Source of the DNA: Eledone cirrhosa
Taxonomy: Eukaryota
Direction: 5' to 3'
Assembly: GCA_964016885.1 (NCBI GenBank)
Contig: OZ024740.1
Span: 236,468,001-236,532,000 of the forward strand
Length of the DNA: 64,000 nt
Part shown: positions 54,711 to 64,000 of the stretch, one piece after another
Layout: the number at the start of each line of letters is the position of its first letter
How positions within the stretch are numbered: position 1 is the stretch's first letter
Translations under genes and position numbers: made by a program
Notes under the pieces: generated by a model
Database searches by the model: none
The model's input: the letters and a program-made list of their open reading frames with translations, nothing else
Told to the model about the DNA's origin: nothing

Positions 54711-56574
54711 CCTGTCGCTTATTTAATAGGATATCCTTAGATTTCATTATTTCAAATAGTTCTTGGGAACATAATCTACATTCATTTCTATTATTTTGAT
54801 AAGGGGTGGCTCTTTTGAGCACACTCCAGGTCATATCATATTCAATATTCTTATTTTTATAACTATTGATTTTTTCTGCTAGAGATGTTGTATTAGCTAG
54901 TGCGGCATTTTTAAAACTATGTTTGTGGGTATTAAACCTTACCTTAAAATTGTTAGAAGTAGCTCCTATATATGAGCAAATAGAATCTTTAGTTTTAACA
55001 TTACATTTATAAACTATGTTGTTAACAAGACAATTTCCTTTTAATGGGCAGTTTGCTTTGTTTCTACAGTTACAACCTTTCGTTAATTCTGTATTTGAGG
55101 AGATATTATGGTTAGTTTGATGTATTGGTGGTATACTTATGGTATTCTTACATTTATATGCATTATAGCCACTTATATTTTGTTTTATGTTTTTGGTTGT
55201 TGAGTATGAGAATTTAACTGTTGACCTATTTAAGATTTGATGGTATTTGTGGTTTGGCGGGAAGTTTTTCTCTAGGATATAAAAAATTTTTTTAGCAATA
55301 TTATCCTTAATTTGTAAATTAAATGGAGCATTATACCAAGTAACTCGTCTATTACGGTTTCTATGTTGTTTATTATTTTTATAGGTTGTATCGTGATGTT
55401 TACTAGGGGGATTAATGTTAATGATCTCACCACGCACATTTTTAGTTAGATTTATAGATTTAGGTGTTTTATCTTGTTTATTAGGAGTTTTATTATTAAC
55501 ATTTATTAGAGTTGTATGATGAGTAGTTTTTTGAGAGTTACTATACTTTATATTAGAGGAGTTGTTGGTATTTTGGGGTATAGTGTGGGTGGCATTTAGG
55601 TGTGTACTTTTCATTTGGTGTTTGTTGGTAATATTAGGTTGTATGTTTATAGTATTTTTAGTAGAAGATATATATTCTAATCTATTTTTGTGGCCACTTC
55701 TATCTAGAGCTTCGTTATAGAAGGTTGCATTTTTATCAAATACATCTTGGTTAGACGAAAGGTTAGAAATTCTAAGTGATATATTATATGCAAGATTTTT
55801 AAGGATAGATTTAGGGTGATTAGATTGTGAGTGTATGTAGTGTAAGTTTTGGTTGGGTTTATGGTAAGGTTGGTAGATACCCATAGCTAAGTCTAAAGTT
55901 ATATCTAGGAAATTAACTACTTTACTTGTGTTTTCAAAAGTAATATGAAGACTATAATAGTCTTTAAGGAAAGTTCTAATAAGCTTTTTGTTTTTTTCTA
56001 TTTCTGAAAGGCTAAGGTTGTTGGAAAGAAGAAGACAGTCATCACGATATAAACCACCTTTAAGGTGGGGAAAGGAAGCATTTATGTTGAAAAGGAGAAA
56101 GAGGCCCACAAGATCAGTAATTTGGGCGGAATCGCTTGAACCCATAGTAATATCAAATAGATTACTATATGTGTTTCTGGTCCAGTATTCATTCTGAAAT
56201 TCAATAAGTGTTAGTCTAGCATGTGTAATAATATTAATGTCATCCAAAGTTAAGTTAGATCTATTTTTAGCAAATATCAAAGCTTTGTTCAGGAGTATAG
56301 GTGATATAGAAGAATAGTAATTATCTATATCAAATTGTAGAAAAGAAGCAGAAGATTTACATCTAATATTTTTAAACCAGTTAATTACCTGGGAAGTGTT
56401 TTCCCAGAGTGGTAAATTAACGTGTTTTCTTATTTGTGGGATGACTCTATCCAAAATGTTTTTGCTAATTATTCCAATATCAGATTTGGAGGGACATATG
56501 AGTCTTATAGAAGGATTTGAGTTAAAGTTTGATTTATGATCCTTCAGGTTGAAGTGTGGTCTTTTCAATGCCAA
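54649..56574 (-). CDS. Penelope-like reverse transcriptase-GIY-YIG endonuclease (N-terminally truncated)
   Basis: FLQFDIDNYYSSI, FDITMGS, GLYRDD, VNFLDITLDL, YIHSQSNHP; linker CNCRNKANCPLKGNC; IVYK..YIGAT..FKVRFNTH; CRLC..E. Homology continues upstream to about 56716 across a +1 frameshift in the T8 run at 56602-56609. Confidence 0.92.
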   Translation of the reverse strand: MALKRPHFNLKDHKSNFNSNPSIRLICPSKSDIGIISKNILDRVIPQIRKHVNLPLWENTSQVINWFKNIRCKSSASFLQFDIDNYYSSISPILLNKALIFAKNRSNLTLDDINIITHARLTLIEFQNEYWTRNTYSNLFDITMGSSDSAQITDLVGLFLLFNINASFPHLKGGLYRDDCLLLSNNLSLSEIEKNKKLIRTFLKDYYSLHITFENTSKVVNFLDITLDLAMGIYQPYHKPNQNLHYIHSQSNHPKSILKNLAYNISLRISNLSSNQDVFDKNATFYNEALDRSGHKNRLEYISSTKNTINIQPNITNKHQMKSTHLNATHTIPQNTNNSSNIKYSNSQKTTHHTTLINVNNKTPNKQDKTPKSINLTKNVRGEIININPPSKHHDTTYKNNKQHRNRNRRVTWYNAPFNLQIKDNIAKKIFYILEKNFPPNHKYHQILNRSTVKFSYSTTKNIKQNISGYNAYKCKNTISIPPIHQTNHNISSNTELTKGCNCRNKANCPLKGNCLVNNIVYKCNVKTKDSICSYIGATSNNFKVRFNTHKHSFKNAALANTTSLAEKINSYKNKNIEYDMTWSVLKRATPYQNNRNECRLCSQELFEIMKSKDILLNKRQELIISCNYKLRKTFKYYKPN

Positions 56575-56754
56575 AGGTTCAGTTCTATCTTCAATGTTTA
56601 GTTTTTTTTACTATGTTGTGTGTTTTGTTGTTGATGTTGGTGAGTGACGCATTATTAGATTTTTTATAATTTTTCCTGAGTTCTTTATATATGAACTCAT
56701 TATAATCTTCAATATCCTGTAATTTTGAATTGTTGTTATTATCAATAAATATAT

Positions 56755-56907
56755 TTCATTATTTCTGAAGACGGCATATGTATGTGTTGGTATGTATATT
56801 AAATTTGATAGTTTGTATAATTTTGTATAATTTTGTACATAGATCTGTTGAATATGCATGCCAATTCTAACACATATATGTCCTAGAAACGATCGTTAAA
56901 TAATGAA
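56755..56907 (+). ncRNA. Type I hammerhead in the inverted 5' pLTR
   Basis: Mirror of 50107-50259: CUGAAGA at 56765-56771, GAAAC at 56886-56890, GUU at 56895-56897. Confidence 0.85.
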
Positions 56908-57104
56908 CTTTTTTTGTTTAATATAAGGAACTGTTTCATTGTTTTATTCATTATTTTTTTAATATTTTATCTTGACTCTGTATTCCGTTTATCTTTCACC
57001 GAAAGTGATTTTTGAATGCATCTCTTCTTTCCATGATATCCGGATTACATTGAGTTCTTCATACGGATTGGACACTACCGTAAACTCTTGGTAGATTTAT
57101 CTAC

Positions 57105-57140
<36 letters not shown>

Positions 57141-57289
57141 TTTATGTATATAAATTTTTTTTCGCACCCCTTCACACACAAAACTCGTCATATACCCATG
57201 ACATTATATTTGTCATTCCCCTCCATTGCTCCTTACTCAAGACATAATTCCTACACCCCACATAGAGTAAGGAAGGCTCTTCATTTGAG

Positions 57290-58100
57290 TCAATGACTGG
57301 CAACCTACCTTGTGCCAGTTCCATAATAAAATGTCCCCAGTACATTCTGTAAAGTGGTTTCTGTTAGGAAGAGCTTTCACCCATGGAAACAAAACCAGAG
57401 GATCCATCAATCATGACATGGCAACCTCTCTAGTGTTGGTGCCACGAAAAATGCCTCCCAGCACATCTTGTGAGGTGGTTAGTAATAAGAAGAGCATCCA
57501 ACCATAGAAACCATGCCAAATGGACTCAAAAGGACATTTCAGTGACACCAAGGGCATGGGAACATTTCTAATACTAATGACATAAAATGCAACCAATACA
57601 CCAAGTGACTGGTGATAGGAAGGGCATCCAACTGTAGAAAACTTGCCAAACAAAAGGTCAAAATAACTATTCAGTTGTATCAAAGATATAACAACCACTT
57701 TAGTGCTGGTGCCATGAAAATGCAGTTGGGGCACTCTGTAGAGAGAGAAAGAGAGAGTAGGAATGTAAGCCTGTCTGAGATGTCAGTAACTCTGATTAAG
57801 TACTAACCTGGTCTGTGACCACCCAGCCAATCTTTGCTAACAGGAAGAACAGATGTTAATTGGTGTTATCTGCTGGGTGTGGAGGAAGCTATATGTAGAT
57901 GAGTGGCTTGTGACGGCCATGCATGCCATGTATGGAGATACAAGCAGCAGGGTGAGAGTTGACAGTGTGCATTGTGATGCACTTGAAGTCCTGAGTTCAT
58001 TTCTATTTATCATTGTTCTTCAGTTATATATACAACATGCTTCTGCAGTTTCCTCTACCAAATTCCATTCACAAGGCAATGGTCAACCCCAAATAGAAAC
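57290..58100. mobile_element. Old SINE/RTE fragments
   Basis: Three decayed copies of the GTGCC..AAAA..CCCAG..GGAAGGGCATCC module, an RTE RT fragment (RKLYVDEWLV..MY), and an OR-like SINE end on the minus strand. Confidence 0.55.
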
Positions 58101-58326
58101 CTGAGTTCATATCAGAAAACAACTTATTATGAATTTTGTCTGCTTGTTTACATCAAATTTATGACACATCTGATAAAATGTTTGGCTGCTAGACACAGAT
58201 ATTCCCAAGCACTCATACACATACACACTTCTTACCTCTTAGCTCATGTACAGTCACATACACAATCAACTCCTAGTATTATTTATTTACTTTTGCTAAT
58301 TTTGATAATCATTGCGCATGCGTTAC

Positions 58327-58365
58327 CTGAAGTGAAGGCAGAAACTTATCCAGCTTTGATTGTAA
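58327..58365 (-). CDS. Candidate 39-nt phase-0 exon (LQSKLDKFLPSLQ) of the unidentified minus-strand gene
   Basis: ..AACTCCAG|TTACAA...CTTCAG|GTAACG, open and frame-preserving. Confidence 0.4.
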
Positions 58366-59164
58366 CTGGAGTTTCAATGGAAAGTATTAAGATATATATT
58401 ATATAGATACAGAACATTGTAAGTAAAATTACATAAAATGACATTCTGAATATGAATTAATTAAAATATAAAAGTATATAGCTGAACAAGATAGGCCCCC
58501 TACAAGGTTAAAATTGCAATCCTTTCATTGGCAGCTACATATGTTCTCTCTGGGAGTTATAACCACAAAGTTATTTCAGAACTTGGATAAATATATATTC
58601 TTATATATATTTAATGATACTTTATGCTGTGTAATCTAATGTTGTAATGTGTTGCAGCTGCATAGTTTGAATGAAAGATAGTGTACTTTTCTGTATAGCC
58701 ATGGTAACTACCAGACATATAATTCCATGCCTATATATGACTTAATTAAAAAGCAACTGTCAACATATAGGATGTGTATGATAAGGAGGAGAATGATTGG
58801 AAATGCTGATGGGTTTAGGACAATTAATATTACCAACATTAGAACATAGACACATAAGAAAATATTAAATAAAAAATAAAACTTGAAAACACTCACACAC
58901 ACACACATAATTTATTGCCATTATCATAAAAATAACAACCACAACATTAATGACAAAGTTGTTAGTATATTAGGAAAATTAATACATTTTATTTGTCCCA
59001 TAAAATAACTTAAGAAAAGTAGTATTTAAAGTTGTCAGAACTAATGTAAAGTAAGTCAGTAAGATTTATTGTGTGGAATATTAATGTTTAAATAAGACTG
59101 TATTAAATAGATGAACTGAAGTGTTGTCAGTTAAGAAGGTGCTGTAATGATCTAAACCAAACTG

Positions 59165-59344
59165 TTATATAGCCGCATCGGAGATTCCCTCAACATCAGC
59201 AGATTGTGAGTTAACAATGTAACATTGGATCATCTGATCAATTTGTGGGAAAACAATTGGTGATGTAGAAGCATCAATGACATTCGGGTGAAAATCAGTC
59301 TGAGTCTGAGCATTGATTGGTGGATTGGATAAAGGAGTTAAGTA
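59165..59344 (-). CDS. Candidate terminal exon of the unidentified minus-strand gene
   Basis: Acceptor TTGTTTTCTGCTTCAG, phase 0, YLTPLSNPPINAQTQTDFHPNVIDASTSPIVFPQ...DAAI*, non-repetitive coding-like composition. Confidence 0.55.
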   Translation of the reverse strand, partial: YLTPLSNPPINAQTQTDFHPNVIDASTSPIVFPQIDQMIQCYIVNSQSADVEGISDAAI

Positions 59345-59683
59345 CTGAAGCAGAAAACAAAGACATATTAATAAAAAAAAATCATAAAACATAACAGAAA
59401 ACAAAATAGTAGTTGACATATTTTATAGCAGCAATTCTAAATAGCTATATTACATTAAAGAAACAAGTATTTTCATACAAGCTGTATCTAATCAATAAGA
59501 ACAAAAATCTATCTCATTTCATAATTGCAGTCAGCTTTAGTGTAGAATGCAAAGCAGGAATCTGCTTTAAAATATACCAGTTGCAGCAGCCTATGAAATG
59601 TTTTCAGATTAAAAATACCCTAACAGATATTTTTAATTAATTCATAGAATGATGCATATATATGTACACAGAAATGTACTTAC

Positions 59684-59710
59684 ACATGCGTTGTAAATGC
59701 ATACAGTTGT
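59684..59710 (-). CDS. Candidate 27-nt phase-0 microexon (TTVCIYNAC)
   Basis: TTTCTATCTTTATTCAG|ACAACT...GCATGT|GTAAGT: consensus splice sites, frame-preserving. Confidence 0.4.
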
Positions 59711-60496
59711 CTGAATAAAGATAGAAATTTTTTTTTTCTGGTAACAAAAGGGATAGCAGATTTTCAGAATCATTGGAACATCATCCAATATACTTTGCAG
59801 TGTTTGGTCATATCACTTTACACACGTATTCTAAATACTTCACAACCTAACTTTGATTTTCATTCTTCCCTCCCTACAAATTTGATTGCTCAGATTTCTT
59901 TGCTTCATGCACCTGGCAATAATATCTATTGATTATTTTCCATGGTCTTACTTTAACTGAAAGTAGGCATCATGAGATAATTAGTTTTATAAATAATTTT
60001 CTCTTAATATCAGAATAAAAGATACTGCAAATAAAAGGTAGCAACTGTGCTAATTATTCTAATAACAGTAATATAACTTCCAACAGAATCATTAGAGCAT
60101 TCAACAAAATTCCCGTGGTATATAGTTTTGACTCTTTATATTCTGAGTTCAAACCTTTCTAAGGTCAATTTTCTTTTGTCCTTATAGAGCCAATAACAAA
60201 AGTACCAGTCAAATATTGGAGTTGCTTTACTTTCTAAAAATCAATCCTAGAGTTGATTTACATTCCTATAATTCATTATAAATGTGAATGAAATTATAAT
60301 AGGTTTAGATAAAAATTTAACTATATGAATCACAACATAGATGTACAGCTGGTAAAAGTCAGTAATGGTGTGTTGATTTTATATTTTATATAAAAAACAT
60401 TGTGATTGTATAGACTATATACAGCCAGTTCTTCATTCTCTTACTTCTGCTACTACAACTACAACTACAACTACTACTACTAATAATAATAATAAT

Positions 60497-60688
60497 AATT
60501 GTTTCTACTTTTGGCACAAGGCCAACAATTACCCAGTGCATTACTGGTATTTTATTTTATCGACCCTGTAAGGATGAAAGGCAAAGTTAACCTCAGCAGG
60601 ATTTGAACTCAGATCATAAAGAGCCATAACTCTGTGCTCCAAAGCATGGCGTCCGACCCTCTACCGATACTGCCAATCCACCATTCAT

Positions 60689-60736
<48 letters not shown>

Positions 60737-60990
60737 TGTTTCCACTTTTGGCACAAGGCCAACAATTACCCAGTACATTACTGGTACTCTATTTTATCGA
60801 CCCCATAAGGATGAAAGGCAAAGTTAAGCTTGGTGGGATTTGAACTCAGACCGTAAAGGGACGTAACTATGCTGGAAAGCATGGCCTCCAACTCTCTACC
60901 GATACTGCCAATCCACCAATAGTAATAATAATAATAATGATGATAATTGTTTCTACTTTTGGCACAAGGCCAGTAATTACTCCAGTGCTT
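60497..60990 (-). mobile_element. Tandem cluster of 2 full and 1 partial SINE separated by (AAT)n
   Basis: Reverse-complement copies at about 60497-60682, 60733-60918 and 60945-60990. Confidence 0.88.
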
Positions 60991-61272
60991 TAGTTCCTTT
61001 GTTTCTTAGAGCACGCGCCTTAGCTATGACAATGCAACCATCATATTTTGCATTGAAAAAATGGTTTAATGCCATTCTCACCGCTAGCACATTAGTTGCA
61101 ATTCCACTACAAATAGCCTCATCTAACTTAGCTACCACCTTCCCTTCCTTTCTATTTTTCTCTAATGCTACTTCTTTGCTAAAACCTATCGAGCTTACTC
61201 TAATCTCTTTTGAGAGCCACTCACCACCTGTTGTTGACGACCTCCTCTGTCAACTTTTGCTGAACTAAATTG
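60990..61272 (-). mobile_element. L1/Tx1-like ORF2 linker fragment
   Basis: Minus translation NNRW*VALKREIRVSSIGFSKE...KYDGCIVIAKARAL resembles the W..LK..I....I.YSK / Y.G..VR linker of Tx1-like ORF2. Confidence 0.45.
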
Positions 61273-61304
61273 TTGATCCAGTCCCTATAAGCTTTATGTG
61301 GTGG

Positions 61305-61680
61305 AAATGACATGTTGATTATAGATGTAGCCTGCCTCTTTGACACAAGAGTGCAAGAAAAAAAAAAAGGAGAAAATTAACCGATACCAGGACCTGAAGT
61401 GGGAACTGAAAAGGATTTGAGACTATCATGAGATCAAGGTTGTTGCCATCTTCATAGAAGCACTAGGTACTGTCTCGGAGAGTTTCCAAGGCTGGTTAAA
61501 GAACATTAGCCTAGCCCCTTTTTTTGGAACACTCCAAAAGGCATGACTACTGGGAACAGCAAGGACTCTCCGATACGTCCTGAACATCTGAAGCTGCAGG
61601 TAGCAGCTTGATATTCATTAGAGAAAATTTTAAATAACATCAATGACTGAGATATCAAATTAATAATAACAATAATAATA
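61305..61680 (+). mobile_element. R4/Dong-like non-LTR element 3' end (restriction-like endonuclease)
   Basis: LIIDVACLFDTRVQEK..EKINRYQDLKWELKRI*..IKVVAIFIEALGTV...LQKA*LLGTARTLRYVL, ending near (TAA)n. Confidence 0.75.
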
Positions 61681-61701
61681 ATCATCCATATCATATATTA
61701 C

Positions 61702-61941
61702 CTCACTCTCTTGACTTTTTACCACCAAATCTGAGCTGTCCTCAATCTTACAATTCACTTCTGTCAGGTCAGTTTTCTCTGTGGATAACTTGAAACTTAA
61801 AGAGATTTTATAAGGTTCAAAATGTTCTGTGATTTTGTTAACTGGCTGTGGTGTATTTAAGACATTGTACTTGCTGTTTTGTGTGTCCCTGCTCTCCACT
61901 TCAGTAGTAGTAGTATGTGAAAGAACAGGACTCAGAGATAT
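61702..61941 (-). CDS. 240-nt phase-0 internal exon of the unidentified minus-strand gene (S/T/E/K-rich)
   Basis: Acceptor ATCTTCATCTTTCAG, donor GAG|GTAATA, open 80 codons ISLSPVLSHTTTTEVESRDT...SQESE. Confidence 0.55.
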
Positions 61942-62792
61942 CTGAAAGATGAAGATAGATGTAGTCCAACCCTTGCTAGCAGGCAAAATGTATGCTAAAT
62001 GAGGATGATGATATATTCAGCTTGTTCAATTTTTAAACAAATGAAATAGCTGTATGGTTAGACAACTGAACATATAATCATTCTTGCCTTACTAAATATT
62101 TGTTGTATTATTTCTCTAAGCAACTCACACAACTTTACTTGTTCTAGTTAAGCTGACTGATCCTCATCATCATAATCATCATCATCGTTTAATGTCCATC
62201 TTCCATGCTAGCATGGATATAAAATAGAATCCACTAAACTACTTCCCAGTTGAGTTGTCTCTGGTCAATTTACCAACAAATAAACAATTTAAGCCAGTGA
62301 AAATGGAATTTATATATATATATACGAGCAGAGACATCTGAAATATAAAGGTAGATATATTCAACTGGTTAAATTTATAAGTAAATGTAAGTTTCAATTG
62401 TTAGACTATATAGTAATTCTAACCTTACTAAACATCGGTTTTGTTATTTCCCTGAGCAAGATACACAATTTTACTTGCTCTAGTTAGGCAGACTGATATA
62501 CAATGGGTAACACTACCTACTTAACAGTTGAGAAGTCAATTTTTTCAACAAATAAAGAATCCCAACCATGTAACCTAAGAAAGGTGAATATATATGTATG
62601 AACACAAAATTGTATGGTAAAAGGAGGCTGAAGTGTTAGTTATATATTTGTCTCATTGTTTTTCTGTATGCTTTTTTTCTGCTGATCATATTGGGGACTA
62701 TAAAATCACATTGAGCTTTAAAATGCTATTTGCCTTTATATGGTTATATTATCAACTAATTTCAACTTCTTTATATATGTATATATATATAC

Positions 62793-64000
62793 AGATTCTA
62801 CGAGACACTGATGCTCGCTACCTCCCAAATAACCAACAGTGACTATATAGTTATTGCAGGCGACCTAAATGGTTACGTTGGACAGCATTGTGACGGCTAT
62901 GACGGAATCCATGGAGGCTATGGGTTCGGTACTAGAAATGAGGAAGGCTCCAGAATCCTGGAATTCTGCGACGCAAATAACTTAACTATCTGTAACACTA
63001 ACTTCAAAAAACGAGACAATCACTTGATCACCTATAGATCGGGGGAACACACAAGCCAGCTAGATTATATCCTTACCAGAAGACGTGACAGAGTGTCTGT
63101 TGTTAACACTAAATCCCTCCCCCATGAAGAATTCACCTCCCAACATAGACTGATAATTAGCGACCTCATAGTCAGCACGAGACGTACTAGACAGCGGAAG
63201 AGGACTATCCTCAGGAGAAAAATATGGAAGCTAAAGGACCCCATAGCCAGAAATAAATTTCAAAGCATATTACTTGACGCTTTCGACAGTAAGGAAGAGC
63301 AATTAGAGTCGTATAATATAGAGGAACAGTGGGAATTCCTGAGAGCAAACCTGCTGACGGCAGCAGACGAAGTCTGTGGCTGGAGCAGGCCTGTAGGTAG
63401 GAGGAGAGTAACATGGTGGTGGAACAGTAAGGTGGAGGAGTCAATTAAGGCCAAAAAGCAGGCTTGGAAAGCATGGCGGGATGGGGGAAGTAGAGAAGAC
63501 TATCAGGTGGCCAGGAGGGAAGCTAGGAGACAAGTGTACTTCGCAAGAAGGGAAGCAGAGGAAAGAAAGTTCAAGCATGTTCTACAACGTGAGGACCAAA
63601 AACGTGAGGTGTTCAGGATTGCCAGGCAATGTGTCAAGGAAAACCGTGATATTGTCGGGGAGAAGTGTGTACTTAACGATGATGGCATACTTGCCATCAC
63701 CGACGCTGATAAGAAGGTAGCTTGGAAGTGTCACTACTAAAGGCTTCTAAATGAGGAGAACAAATGGGAGAAAGACAGTCTCCCCCACATCGACCCAATA
63801 GAGGGACCAGCAGTGTTAGTCCAGGGTAGTACAATAAGCAAGGCAATCAAAGATATGAAGACGGGTAAGGCGGCTGGTCCTTCGGAAATAGTTGCTGAGA
63901 TGCTGAAGACATCTGGTTCGGTGGGATACACCATGGTCACCCGGATAGTTAACCAAGTCGTACAGAATGGGGTTGTTCCGAAGGACTGGCGTAGCAGCAT
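62793..64000 (+). mobile_element. RTE LINE (APE C-terminal half and start of RT), runs off the window end
   Basis: AGDLNGYVG, RNEEGSRILEFC, SQLDYIL, QHRL, WWWN, MKTGKAAGP. Only a single in-frame TAA at 63738-63740 is seen. Confidence 0.92.

Larger units (their letters stand above)
50044..57105 (-). mobile_element. 5'-truncated Penelope-like retroelement with an inverted 5' pseudo-LTR, inserted in (TA)n
   Basis: RT+GIY-YIG ORF. 255-bp near-identical inverted repeats at 50044-50298 and 56716-56970, each with a hammerhead. An extra tail of about 135 bp is on the inverted copy only; (TA)n at both ends. Confidence 0.88.

Noticed and set aside
59952-59956. 5-nt candidate microexon (tttcag|TTAAA|gtaaga) on the minus strand
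   Set aside because: Frame-shifting and short enough to arise by chance.

Overview
AT-rich, microsatellite-dense metazoan DNA. The SINE/RTE/Penelope repeat content points to a cephalopod (Octopus-like) genome; this is inference. Host genes: the last two coding exons of a proton/myo-inositol cotransporter (SLC2A13/HMIT-like, + strand, 2403-2555 and 8413-8633, joined by a GC-AG intron) and several candidate phase-0 exons or microexons of an unidentified minus-strand gene (about 58-62 kb, perhaps extending to 36 kb). Most of the rest is mobile DNA: RTE, CR1, R4/Dong-like and Tx1-like LINE fragments, tRNA-derived SINEs, piggyBac-, mariner-, Tigger- and hAT-type MITEs, and minisatellites. The most striking feature is a ribozyme-bearing retroelement system. 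A 5'-truncated Penelope-like element (RT + GIY-YIG, CxCx5C linker) at about 50.0-57.1 kb is bracketed by 255-bp inverted pseudo-LTRs that each encode a type I hammerhead ribozyme. At least six other, mostly sequence-unrelated small hammerhead-containing loci lie in (TA)n tracts across the window. Several form long, near-perfect, outward-pointing DNA hairpins, and one pair of copies looks circularly permuted (retrozyme-like). All structures were folded by eye and no database search was run.
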